This document shows positions 45,786 through 54,726 of a stretch of DNA of 64,000 nt, piece after piece. The stretch is from positions 2,423 to 66,422 of the forward strand of contig JAXHNT010000043.1 of the NCBI GenBank assembly GCA_034520165.1, in the 5' to 3' direction. Position numbers and translations under genes: made by a program. The stretch's first letter is position 1, and every line of letters begins with the position of its first letter. Source of the DNA: Ideonella sp. GTDB lineage: Bacteria > Pseudomonadota > Gammaproteobacteria > Burkholderiales > Burkholderiaceae_C. Under the pieces are notes generated by a model, which saw nothing but the letters and a program-made list of their open reading frames with translations, was not told where the DNA came from and searched no databases.

Positions 45786-46787
45786 ATGACTGTGCTCCAG
45801 GGTGCCTCGACGCAAGCCGTGTCCCAAGCGGCCCAATGCTTGGCCGACGGCGGCTTGGTGGCCCTGCCCACCGAGACCGTCTACGGCCTGGGAGCGCGTG
45901 CCGACGATGACGCAGCGGTCGCGGCTGTCTTCAGCGCCAAGGGCCGCCCGGCCGACCACCCCTTGATCGTGCACGTGCTAGACGCCGCCCATGCCGCGCC
46001 GTTCGCGGCCGCTTGGCCCGAGACCGCCCAGCGCCTGACGGCTGCCTTTTGGCCGGGGCCTTTGACGGTGATCGTGCCGCGTAGCCCGGGTTTGGCCCAG
46101 GCTGCGGCCGGGGGCCAAGCTACGGTCGGCTTGCGCTGCCCCGCACATCCGGTGGCCCAGGCCTTGCTGGCCGCGGCGGCGCGCCTGGGCGTGCGCGGCG
46201 TGGCCGCGCCCAGCGCCAACCGCTTCGGCCGTGTCAGCCCGACCTCCGCCTCCCATGTGGCGCAGGAGTTCGGCGGCGATCTCTTGATTCTGGACGGCGG
46301 TGACTGCGAAGTGGGCATTGAGTCGGCCATCGTCGATTGCAGCGGTGCGCACCCCACTTTGCTGAGGCCTGGCGTGCTGACGCGCCAAGCCATCGAAGCC
46401 GTGCTGGGCCAGCCCTTGCGCGCCCCAGGCGTCGATGCGCCCAAAGCCTCGGGCACGCTGGAAGCGCATTACGCCCCCCGTGCCAAAGTGCGCCTGATGA
46501 GCGCCGCAGAACTACAGGCGGCCTTTACCTTGATGCAACCATTGACCGCCACGGGCCAGCCTGTGGCGGCGGTATATTCACGCACCGTCTTTCCTGCGGC
46601 GGACTCAAGCGCGCAGTGGCCGCACCGGCGTATGCCCGACAATGCCCCTGATTGCGCGCACGAGTTGTTTGCGGTCTTGCGGGCTTTGGATGACACCCAC
46701 GCCCCGCTCCTCTGGATCGAGCGGCCCCCAGATTCCCCAGAGTGGGAAGGGGTGCGAGATCGGCTACAACGTGCCGCTGCGGCCTGA
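45786..46787 (+). CDS. tsaC: L-threonylcarbamoyladenylate synthase (Sua5 type)
   Basis: PTETVYGLGA, KGRPADHPLIVH, FWPGPLT, APSANRFG, HYAP. Confidence 0.95.
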   Translation: MTVLQGASTQAVSQAAQCLADGGLVALPTETVYGLGARADDDAAVAAVFSAKGRPADHPLIVHVLDAAHAAPFAAAWPETAQRLTAAFWPGPLTVIVPRSPGLAQAAAGGQATVGLRCPAHPVAQALLAAAARLGVRGVAAPSANRFGRVSPTSASHVAQEFGGDLLILDGGDCEVGIESAIVDCSGAHPTLLRPGVLTRQAIEAVLGQPLRAPGVDAPKASGTLEAHYAPRAKVRLMSAAELQAAFTLMQPLTATGQPVAAVYSRTVFPAADSSAQWPHRRMPDNAPDCAHELFAVLRALDDTHAPLLWIERPPDSPEWEGVRDRLQRAAAA

Positions 46788-46819
46788 CGCAGCGTGCCCA
46801 CACTACAACGGAGTTTGTT

Positions 46820-47773
46820 ATGAAATTCGCCCCTTGGGCCTCGCGCCTGACGGCCCCTCTTGCTGTGCTGGCCTTGAGCGGCGCTTTGTTGGCCGGCTGC
46901 GGTGGCGGCACCTCGCAAGTGGATCAATTCCGCGCCACGCGGCTGCTGAGCTTTGGGGATGAGCTGAACTTGCTGACGGCCGATGGCAAAAAATACAGCG
47001 TCAATGCGCTGGGTGATGCCGATGCGCTGTTGTGTGGCAACAATCCTCTGTGGGTGCAAAGCGTTGCCGCCTACTATGGCCTGACCTTTGCGCAATGCAA
47101 CACCAACAATGCAACGGACCTCAAGGCCGTCACACTGGCCACTGTGGGCGCTGGCGTGGCTGATTTCCAAACCCAGGTCGACGCATTCCAAGCGGGTAAT
47201 GCGTTCACCAACACCGATCTGATCACGGTCTTTGTGGGGCCGCATGATGTCAGGGCTGCGTACGCGAAGTTCCCGGCCCAGTCGGAGGCTGCGCTGGTGG
47301 CTGAGCTGAAAGCCAAAGGAGAGGCGCTGGCGGTGCGGGTCAATGCACTGACCGCACTCGGTCCCCGTGTCTTGGTATCTACCGCGATGGATGTGGCCGT
47401 CACCCCCTGGGCCTTGGCGGAGAAGGCGGCACACACTGACACCGACCGGGCCGCGCTGCTGTCGCGTCTGACCGACGCCTTCAACCTCGCCATGCGATTG
47501 AAGTTGGTCAATGACGGCAGCAAGATCGGATTGCTGCTGGCAGATGATCTTTCTCGCTCTATGTCTAGCGAGCGCACGCGCGGCGCTTTTGGCATTGCCA
47601 ACTCGACGGTGGCCGCCTGCAGCACTGCGCTGCCCAACTGCACCACCAAGACGATGGTGACCGGTGCCAGCGCGTCCACCTATCTGTGGGCGGATGACAC
47701 ACGGCCGGGTTATTTGTTTCACACGAATTTGGCAAGGCAAGCGACCACGCGCCTGTCCAACCTGCCCTTCTGA
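46820..47773 (+). CDS. SGNH/GDSL-fold lipoprotein with substituted catalytic residues
   Basis: Lipobox LAGC; block I FGDEL; block III GPHD; block V WADDTRP. Confidence 0.75.
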   Translation: MKFAPWASRLTAPLAVLALSGALLAGCGGGTSQVDQFRATRLLSFGDELNLLTADGKKYSVNALGDADALLCGNNPLWVQSVAAYYGLTFAQCNTNNATDLKAVTLATVGAGVADFQTQVDAFQAGNAFTNTDLITVFVGPHDVRAAYAKFPAQSEAALVAELKAKGEALAVRVNALTALGPRVLVSTAMDVAVTPWALAEKAAHTDTDRAALLSRLTDAFNLAMRLKLVNDGSKIGLLLADDLSRSMSSERTRGAFGIANSTVAACSTALPNCTTKTMVTGASASTYLWADDTRPGYLFHTNLARQATTRLSNLPF

Positions 47774-47797
47774 CGACAGGCCCCAAGGGGCCACTGC

Positions 47798-48090
47798 TCA
47801 CGCGCCAGCGGCCTTGCGGTCTCTGGCGCGTTTGTCTTCTTGCAGCTTGATGAACAGGATGCTGGCCGCCATGGGCAGGGTGATGCTGTTGGAGGCGATC
47901 AGCGCCCAGTCCTTGATGGCCAGGCGTAGGCCAACCACAGCGACACACCTGCCGTGAACGCGACATAGGTACTCGCCGAGATGCCCGCCACATTGCGCGT
48001 GCGCAAGGTCAGCCACGCTTGGGGCACAAAGGCCAGGGTGGTCAAAGTGGCGGCGGGGTAACCCAGCCAGCGCAGGCTGTCAGCATCCAT
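47798..48090 (-). CDS. SemiSWEET/PQ-loop transporter; apparent -1 frameshift near 47925
   Basis: AATLTTLAFVPQAW...GISASTY...GVSLWLAY continues as LAIKDWALIASNSITL in another frame; the span is 293 nt. Confidence 0.82.
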
Positions 48091-48103
48091 GGGTGATCGA
48101 GGT

Positions 48104-49549
48104 TTAGCGAGTGGGAGCGTCGCGGATTGTCCATTGAACCAGCGCGTCAAACGCAGGGCGGCCTGCCGCTGCGTTGGGGTGGTTGAGGATGGCCACCAGC
48201 ACATAGCGCCGTCCGCTGTTGGACAGCACATAGCCGGCCACCGCCGCCACATCGCGCAGCGAGCCCGTCTTGAGGTGCGCCCGGCCCTGCGGGGCCTTGG
48301 AGCGGCGCAGCGTGCCATCCACCCCACTGATGGGCAGGGAGCTCATCAACTCGGCCATCACTGGGCTGTTCCAGCTCTGTTGCAGCAGCCGCGACAGGCC
48401 TTGAGCCGTCAGCCGGTTCTCGCGTGACAGCCCGGAGCCGTTGTCGACCACCCAGCCCTTCAGCCCATCATCCCCGAGGCGGCCCGCCAGAAAGCGCCGC
48501 ACCTGCTCGCGGGCGTCGTCTGGGGTGATGGAGCCGGCGGGCTTGTCGCCCAGGCCCAGGCTCAAGAACACCTGCTCGGCCATGACGTTGTTGCTGAACT
48601 TATTGATGTCCCGCACCACCTGCTGCAGCGGCGGCGAAACCTGTTCAAACAACAAGCGTGACCCCGGCGGTACGTTGCCTTCTTTAACCTGCCCGCTCAG
48701 GCGCCCACCCAGTTGCTGCCACATCGCCTCCACCATGCGGGCATTGAAGCTGGCTGGGTCGGCATAGGCCATGGAAAAGCTGCGCTCGCCACAGCTCAGC
48801 GGGTAGCGCCCGCCAAAACGCATCAGCTTGGGCTCGCCCCATTGCGCCCTGACTTGGGCCGACCAGTCCTCGCAGGGCACGGCCGCCAGCGGCACCGTGT
48901 CATCTGTGCGCACGCCCGCCAGGGGGGGGTCGGTTTGCACCACGGCCACGCCGCGGGCGGTGTCGGGCGTGAAGGTGTAGGTCACTGCCTTGAAGTTCAT
49001 CATCAAGGCATCGGGCCGCACGTTATAGGGCTGGCTCGCGTCGTCATCAAAGGCCCTGGGGGAGACGACGGGCAGGCTGAACAGGCTGCGGTCCAACAGC
49101 ACATCGCCGCGGATCTCACGGATGCCCAATTGCTGCACCCGACGCAGCATCAGCCACACTCGCTCCAGCACCAAGCTTGGGTCGCCCGAGCCCTTGATGA
49201 TCAGGTTGCCTTCCAGCACCCCGTCTTTGACCGTCCCTTGCACCCACACCGGCGTGCGCCAACTCCAGGCCGGGCCCCATTGGTCGAGTGCCGCATAGGT
49301 GGTCACCAGCTTGAACACTGAGGCCGGGTTGACGGGCTCGCGCTCGCGCCAGCCTAGCTTGTGGCTGCCGCTGCCCACCTCCTGCACCACGGCCACCAGC
49401 GCGTTCTCCGGCAGCTTGGCGCGGCGCAGTGCGGCGTCCACCTCGGCGGGCAGGTCTTGGGCCTGGCTGACGAGGGGGCCGCTCAGGCAGAGTGCGGCGA
49501 GGAGGGTGCGGGCGGGAAACCCGCTGGGACGGCGCAGGGTGTTGGGCAT
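48104..49549 (-). CDS. dacB: D-Ala-D-Ala carboxypeptidase/endopeptidase PBP4
   Basis: PASVFK (SxxK), GSGDP, KFSNN, NGSGLS, LKTGSL. Confidence 0.95.
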   Translation of the reverse strand: MPNTLRRPSGFPARTLLAALCLSGPLVSQAQDLPAEVDAALRRAKLPENALVAVVQEVGSGSHKLGWREREPVNPASVFKLVTTYAALDQWGPAWSWRTPVWVQGTVKDGVLEGNLIIKGSGDPSLVLERVWLMLRRVQQLGIREIRGDVLLDRSLFSLPVVSPRAFDDDASQPYNVRPDALMMNFKAVTYTFTPDTARGVAVVQTDPPLAGVRTDDTVPLAAVPCEDWSAQVRAQWGEPKLMRFGGRYPLSCGERSFSMAYADPASFNARMVEAMWQQLGGRLSGQVKEGNVPPGSRLLFEQVSPPLQQVVRDINKFSNNVMAEQVFLSLGLGDKPAGSITPDDAREQVRRFLAGRLGDDGLKGWVVDNGSGLSRENRLTAQGLSRLLQQSWNSPVMAELMSSLPISGVDGTLRRSKAPQGRAHLKTGSLRDVAAVAGYVLSNSGRRYVLVAILNHPNAAAGRPAFDALVQWTIRDAPTR

Positions 49550-49640
49550 GTCGGCAATGTTCGCACGGCTACACTTCCAAGCTCGGTGACAAACCGACGA
49601 AGACTGCCTTTCTCCCCCTGACCGGCCCCACATTGACCTC

Positions 49641-50375
49641 ATGAAGTTGTTGGCACTCGACACCGCGACCGAGCACATGGCCCTGGCCCTCAGTGGCGGC
49701 CTGGGCCTGGGCTCTGAGGGCTCGCACCGGCTGGCAGAGGGCGGGGCGCAGTCCTCGGCCCACCTCATCCCTATGCTGCTGGCGCTGCTGGCCGAGCAAG
49801 GCCTGACGCTGGCCGACCTGGATGCCATCGCCGTGGGCCAAGGGCCGGGGGCTTTCACGGGTCTGCGCACCGCCATCTCGGTGGCTCAGGGTTTGGCCTT
49901 TGGGGTCAGCAAGCCCGTGCTGATGCTGGATTCTTTGATGCTGGTGGCGGAGGCCGCGCGCTTGGAGGCCCCGGTGGCCTCAGGCCAACCCGTTTGGGTG
50001 GCCATGGACGCCCGCATGGACGAAATCTATGCTGCCGCCTACACCCACGACGGCCACGCCTGGGCGACTGTGTCGGCCCCTGCACTGATGGACGCTCTCA
50101 GCCTCAATGCGGCTTGGCAGGCCTTGCCACCCGCCTGCGTGGCGGGCTCGGCAGCCGCCGCGTTTGGCGAGCGGCTCCACACCCAGGGCGTGCCGCTGGT
50201 GGTCGGTGTGGCACAGCGCGCAGCGGCACTGCTGCCCCTGGCGCACCACGCCTGGCTGCACGCGCCCAAGCTGCTGCCTGAAGACGCGCAGCCGCTTTAT
50301 TTGCGCGACAAGGTCGCCCAAACCACGGCTGAGCGTGCCGCGCTGCGCCTGGCCAAAGAAGCGGCGGCCTCATGA
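49641..50375 (+). CDS. tsaB: t6A biosynthesis protein TsaB
   Basis: LALDTAT, GPGAFTGLR, DARMDEIY, PLYLR. Confidence 0.96.
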   Translation: MKLLALDTATEHMALALSGGLGLGSEGSHRLAEGGAQSSAHLIPMLLALLAEQGLTLADLDAIAVGQGPGAFTGLRTAISVAQGLAFGVSKPVLMLDSLMLVAEAARLEAPVASGQPVWVAMDARMDEIYAAAYTHDGHAWATVSAPALMDALSLNAAWQALPPACVAGSAAAAFGERLHTQGVPLVVGVAQRAAALLPLAHHAWLHAPKLLPEDAQPLYLRDKVAQTTAERAALRLAKEAAAS

Positions 50376-50986
50376 GCGCGCGGCCCCGGCCCCACCACGC
50401 CACCCTGACGCTGCGCCCCATGAGCGTGGCGGACCTGGACACGGTGATGTCCATTGAGCCGCGTGCCTATCCTTACCCCTGGAGCCGAGGCAATTTCACC
50501 GACTCGTTGGCGGCGGGCTACCTGGCCTGGATGCTGGAGGCCAGCACCGAAGCCCCGCGCCGTGCCGAGCGCGACACCGAATGCCTGGGCTACTACGTGG
50601 CCATGCTGGGCTTTGAGGAAATGCACTTGCTCAATATCACCATTAAGCCCGAGGCCCGAGGCCGGGGCCATGCGCTCAGCTTGCTTAACCATTTGGCCGA
50701 GCGCAGCCGCGAAGCCCGGGTGCACAGCCTGTGGCTGGAGGTCCGCCGCAGCAATGAGCGAGCGCGGGCGGTGTACCAGCGCTGGGGCTTTGCCGAGATG
50801 GGTGTGCGCCGGGGCTATTACCCGGCTGCCGGTGGGCAGCGCGAAGACGCGGTGCTGATGAGTTGGCGCGTGATGGAGCCCCCAGGGCTGGGCGCAGCCC
50901 AGCCCGCCCCCCGAGGGGATCAAGAAAACTTGGGGCGGCCCGGCGTTTTCTTGAGCGACGAAAGCCTCGGCCATGCGTTGGACTGA
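50372..50986 (+). CDS. rimI: Ribosomal-protein-alanine N-acetyltransferase with a repeat-derived C-terminal extension
   Basis: YPWSRGNF, EEMHLLNI, LEVRRSN, RRGYY, REDAVLM; tsaB-rimI-udg context. Confidence 0.95.
   Translation: MSARPRPHHATLTLRPMSVADLDTVMSIEPRAYPYPWSRGNFTDSLAAGYLAWMLEASTEAPRRAERDTECLGYYVAMLGFEEMHLLNITIKPEARGRGHALSLLNHLAERSREARVHSLWLEVRRSNERARAVYQRWGFAEMGVRRGYYPAAGGQREDAVLMSWRVMEPPGLGAAQPAPRGDQENLGRPGVFLSDESLGHALD
50879..50954 (+). repeat. Multi-hairpin palindromic repeat, copy 5 (type B), in frame in the rimI 3' end
   Basis: CCCCCAG, GGGCTGGGC-GCA-GCCCAGCCC, GCCCCCCGAGGGG, TCAAGAAAAC-[TTGGGGCGGCCCGGC]-GTTTTCTTGA. Confidence 0.9.
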
Positions 50987-51878
50987 ACGCCAACAAAGCA
51001 TCTTGTCGGCCATGGGCTTGAAGCCCTGGGGCCCGGCCCGCAAGAGAGCCGCCGATGCGGTGGCGGCCGTGCCTGCGGCGGCCCTGGCCACTGAGCCTGC
51101 CCCGCCCGTGGCCGCACCGCGCCCAGCCACTTTGCCGGTGGCTGCTGGCGCACCTATTACACCTATCGCACCCGTGGCCGCGCGGCCCATCACCGTCTCG
51201 CGCGGCCAGCCTGCGCCCATGGCGGCGGCCGCAGCTTTGGCGGGGGCGGCGGTGCAGGGCTTGCGGCCCCAAGCAGATAGCGCCCGCGCTGCTGAAATCG
51301 CCCAGATGGACTGGGCCGGGCTGCAGGACGCCGTGCGCCAATGCCAGGCCTGCGGCCTGTGCCAAAGCCGCAAGCAGACGGTGTTTGGCGTGGGTCATGA
51401 GCAGGCGCACTGGATGATTGTGGGCGAAGCCCCCGGCGAGCAAGAAGACCAACAAGGCGAGCCCTTTGTGGGGGCGGCCGGGCAACTGCTGGACCGCATG
51501 CTGGCGGCGGTGGCGCTCTCGCGCAGCGAGGGCGAGGCCGCCCAGCGCGCCTTCATTGCCAACACGCTCAAGTGCCGCCCGCCGCGCAACCGCAACCCCA
51601 GCGCCGAAGAAATGGCCCAGTGCGTGCCCTTCTTGCAACGTCAAATTGAGCTGGTCAAGCCCAAGCTCATCCTGGCCATGGGCCGCTTCGCCATCCAGCA
51701 ATTGCTGGGTACCGAAGAGCCGATTGGCAAGCTGCGTGGCCGCCTGCACGACTATCGCGGCACGCCCGTCGTCGTCACCTACCACCCGGCTTACCTTTTG
51801 CGCCAGCCCTTGGACAAAGCCAAGGCCTGGGCCGACCTGTGCTTGGCCGCCGACACCGTCGAGAAGCTGTCCGCTTGA
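50973..51878 (+). CDS. Family-4 uracil-DNA glycosylase (4Fe-4S)
   Basis: CQACGLC, VGEAPG, PFVGAAG, KCRPPRNR, TYHPAYLLR. Confidence 0.93.
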   Translation: MRWTERQQSILSAMGLKPWGPARKRAADAVAAVPAAALATEPAPPVAAPRPATLPVAAGAPITPIAPVAARPITVSRGQPAPMAAAAALAGAAVQGLRPQADSARAAEIAQMDWAGLQDAVRQCQACGLCQSRKQTVFGVGHEQAHWMIVGEAPGEQEDQQGEPFVGAAGQLLDRMLAAVALSRSEGEAAQRAFIANTLKCRPPRNRNPSAEEMAQCVPFLQRQIELVKPKLILAMGRFAIQQLLGTEEPIGKLRGRLHDYRGTPVVVTYHPAYLLRQPLDKAKAWADLCLAADTVEKLSA

Positions 51879-52006
51879 ACACCCATTGCGTCGGCCCCAT
51901 GAAGTCTTCAGCTCAAACGGTGCAGACTTGATCGGGCTGGTTTGATGAGGCGCCACCACTTTGCTCCCCCCCGCGTCCCTCTTCAACCCCACGGCGGACC
52001 TTTGTC

Positions 52007-52738
52007 ATGACCCTGCGCGCTTCATCCTCCGCACTGGCAGGCCTGCTGCTGATCAGCGCCCTGCTGGCCATCGCCTCAGCACCTTGGGCCTTGAACCAGC
52101 CGTGGCTGAACTTTGTGTTCAAGCCGCTGGCCACCCTGGCCGTCATCGCCTACGCCTGGCGACGCGGCCTGAGCGAGCCGCTGCTTCGCCGCTGGGTGTT
52201 GGCGGGGCTGCTGCTGTCCTTATGTGGTGACATTGCCCTGCTGTGGCCCGAGCAAGGCTTTCTGCCCGGCTTGGTGAGCTTTCTGCTGGCCCACCTGTGC
52301 TACCTCTGGGCCTTCACTCGGCGCCAGCGGTTGGCCGCTTGGTGGCCGGCGTTTGCCGCCTATGCACTCATCGCCGCGGCCGTGCTCTCACAACTCTGGC
52401 CCGGTGTGCCCGGGCCTCTGAAGGGGCCGGTCTTGGCCTATGTCGTCTGCTTAGGCGCCATGGCTGCGCAGGCCGCTGTGCTGTGGCGCCAAGGCGAGCC
52501 GCGCGGCCGCGTCCTGGCCTTGGGCGGCGCGCTCTTCATGCTGAGCGATGCACTCCTGGCCACCAACAAATTCGCCGGGCCCCTGCCCCTGGCCAGCCTG
52601 TGGGTGTTGGCCAGCTATTGGGCGGCGCAGTGGTGTATTGCGAGCGGCTTAGCGCCCAAGGGCGCTACGCTCACTTCTTCTGCTTCACCGGCCTCGTCCA
52701 CCCCGCAATCGCCATCTGCTTGGCGCGGGTCACCGTGA
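52007..52738 (+). CDS. Lysoplasmalogenase (YhhN family)
   Basis: FKPL, GDIALL, FLLAHLCY, LFMLSDALLA, YWAAQ. Confidence 0.88.
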   Translation: MTLRASSSALAGLLLISALLAIASAPWALNQPWLNFVFKPLATLAVIAYAWRRGLSEPLLRRWVLAGLLLSLCGDIALLWPEQGFLPGLVSFLLAHLCYLWAFTRRQRLAAWWPAFAAYALIAAAVLSQLWPGVPGPLKGPVLAYVVCLGAMAAQAAVLWRQGEPRGRVLALGGALFMLSDALLATNKFAGPLPLASLWVLASYWAAQWCIASGLAPKGATLTSSASPASSTPQSPSAWRGSP

Positions 52739-54059
52739 GTTGGCCTTCGGGCGCGTCTCGGCTGATGGTGGAGCCGCCGCCGATGGTGGCGCCGGCACCG
52801 ATGGTGACCGGGGCGATGAGCACGCAGTTGGAGCCGATGTGTACGTCGTTGCCGATGACGGTGCGGTGTTTGTTGGCGCCGTCGTAATTGGCGGTGATGG
52901 CGCCCGCGCCGTAATTGACGCGCTCGCCCACCGTGGCGTCGCCCAAATAGGCCAGGTGGTTGGCTTTGGAGCCTTTGGCCATGGTGGAGTTTTTGACCTC
53001 CACGAAGTTGCCGATGTGGACCTCTTCAGCCAGCACCGCACCTGGGCGCAGGCGGGCATAGGGGCCGATCAGTGAGCCTGCGCCCACGCTGACGCCTTCG
53101 CTGCTGCCATCAATGTGGGTGTAGGGGTGGATTACCACGCCGGTGCCCAGGGTGGCATTGCGGATCACGCAGTGCGCGCCCACGCGCACGTCGTCGCCCA
53201 GGCTGACCTGGCCTTCAAAAATGCAGCCCACGTCGATCTCGACATCGCTGCCGCAAGTCAGGGTGCCACGCAAGTCAAAGCGGGCCGGGTCGGCCAGGCG
53301 CACGCCTTGCTCCAGCAGAACGTTGGCGCGGCGGGTTTGCAGGCGGCGCTCCAGGTCGGCCAGTTGCAGCGGGCTGTTCACGCCCAGCACTTCGGTTTCA
53401 TCGGCCGCGCTGGCGCTGGTGACGGGCACGCCCTCGGCCACGGCCATGGCCACGATGTCGGTCAAGTAGAACTCGCCTTGAACGTTCTGGTTGTTCAGCG
53501 CCATCACCCAGCGCTTCAGCGCCGCTGTGGGGGCGGCCATCATGCCGGTGTAAACCTCGCGGATCTGGCGCTGGGCCTCGCTCGCGTCTTTGTGCTCGAC
53601 GATGGCCTCAATGCCGCCGTTGGCGCTGCGCACGATGCGGCCATAGCCGGTGGCATCGGGCAGGGTGACGGTCAGCAAGGCCAGCTTGTTGCCGCCGCAG
53701 GCCGCTGCCAGGGCTTGGGCGGTGGCGGCCTCAATCAAAGGCACATCGCCATTGAGGATGAGGGTGACGCCCTCATCGCCCAGGTGCGGCACCACTTGCT
53801 GCACGGCATGGCCGGTGCCCAACTGGGGCTCTTGGCGCACGCTGCCAAGGCCCGTCACGGCCAGGTCGGCCACGCTGGCTTCCACCACGTCGGCGCCGTG
53901 GCCGGTAACCACCAAGGTGCGGGTGGGTTGGAGCGTGGCGGCCGTTTGCAGCACATGGTGCAGCAGGGGCGTGCCGGCCAAGCGGTGCAGCACCTTGGGC
54001 AGCTTGGAGCGCATGCGGGTGCCTTTGCCCGCAGCCATGATGACGATGTTCAGGGACAT
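52671..54059 (-). CDS. glmU: Bifunctional UDP-GlcNAc pyrophosphorylase/acetyltransferase
   Basis: AAGKGTRMRS..PKVLH, QLGTGHAV, GYGRIVR, EFYLTD, GNFVEVK, NYDG. Confidence 0.98.
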   Translation of the reverse strand: MSLNIVIMAAGKGTRMRSKLPKVLHRLAGTPLLHHVLQTAATLQPTRTLVVTGHGADVVEASVADLAVTGLGSVRQEPQLGTGHAVQQVVPHLGDEGVTLILNGDVPLIEAATAQALAAACGGNKLALLTVTLPDATGYGRIVRSANGGIEAIVEHKDASEAQRQIREVYTGMMAAPTAALKRWVMALNNQNVQGEFYLTDIVAMAVAEGVPVTSASAADETEVLGVNSPLQLADLERRLQTRRANVLLEQGVRLADPARFDLRGTLTCGSDVEIDVGCIFEGQVSLGDDVRVGAHCVIRNATLGTGVVIHPYTHIDGSSEGVSVGAGSLIGPYARLRPGAVLAEEVHIGNFVEVKNSTMAKGSKANHLAYLGDATVGERVNYGAGAITANYDGANKHRTVIGNDVHIGSNCVLIAPVTIGAGATIGGGSTISRDAPEGQLTVTRAKQMAIAGWTRPVKQKK

Positions 54060-54073
54060 AACAACCTAAAAAA

Positions 54074-54700
54074 TCAGGGCAAGGTCACGGCCACGTTGTG
54101 CGGCTCGTTCTGGACCTTGGGGAACTCGGCCAGCGAGGCCAAGAACATGCCTTGCAGCACGCTGCTGCCGCCCGTGGTGGTGCCGTTGCTGCGGGCCCGG
54201 GTTTCGTACAGGGCTTCGCCGCTTTTGCGGTCGCGGATCAGCAGGGCGACTTCGCGTTCGTACTCGACCTGCCCCCAAGGCGCCACCACGCCCCAGCCCA
54301 AGCGCGGGTACTGGCCACCTAGGCGGGTGCCAAGGGTCAGGCGGCCCCACAGTGGGTCGTCCCAGGGCGAGCGCACTTGGCGTGAGACCTTGGCCCCAAT
54401 CTGCACCAGCACGTCAGGCTCGCTGCCTTCGGCGGCGGGCACAAAACCGGCGCGGGCCAACGCTTGGGCGGCGGCGTCTTCCAGAGATTTTTGTGTCTCG
54501 GGCTGGGTGGCCTGAGAAGGCAGGCGCTCAAAGCGGTAACTGCCCGGTTTGCGCTCGGCGGCCCAACTGCCAAAGCTGGCCACTTCCGCGTGGAAGGTAT
54601 TGATCAGCGCACAGCCGCCTAGCCCTGCTGTCAGCAGCAGGGCCGCCAGCGCGGGCCCCAAACGCAAGGCGCGGCGGCGAGAGGGGGTGATTGCAGGCAT
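54074..54700 (-). CDS. Putative lipoprotein (DUF4136-like)
   Basis: Lipobox LGGC; YRFERLPSQ; YEREVALLIRD...LYETRA. Confidence 0.7.
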   Translation of the reverse strand: MPAITPSRRRALRLGPALAALLLTAGLGGCALINTFHAEVASFGSWAAERKPGSYRFERLPSQATQPETQKSLEDAAAQALARAGFVPAAEGSEPDVLVQIGAKVSRQVRSPWDDPLWGRLTLGTRLGGQYPRLGWGVVAPWGQVEYEREVALLIRDRKSGEALYETRARSNGTTTGGSSVLQGMFLASLAEFPKVQNEPHNVAVTLP

Positions 54701-54726
54701 GGCAGTCTCCTTCTTGGTGTGCAGGC

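Noticed and set aside
40831-51911. TGAAGTCTTCAG repeated at 40831 and 51900 in two spacers
   Set aside because: A single 12-mer match is expected by chance in 64 kb, and the downstream genes are unrelated.
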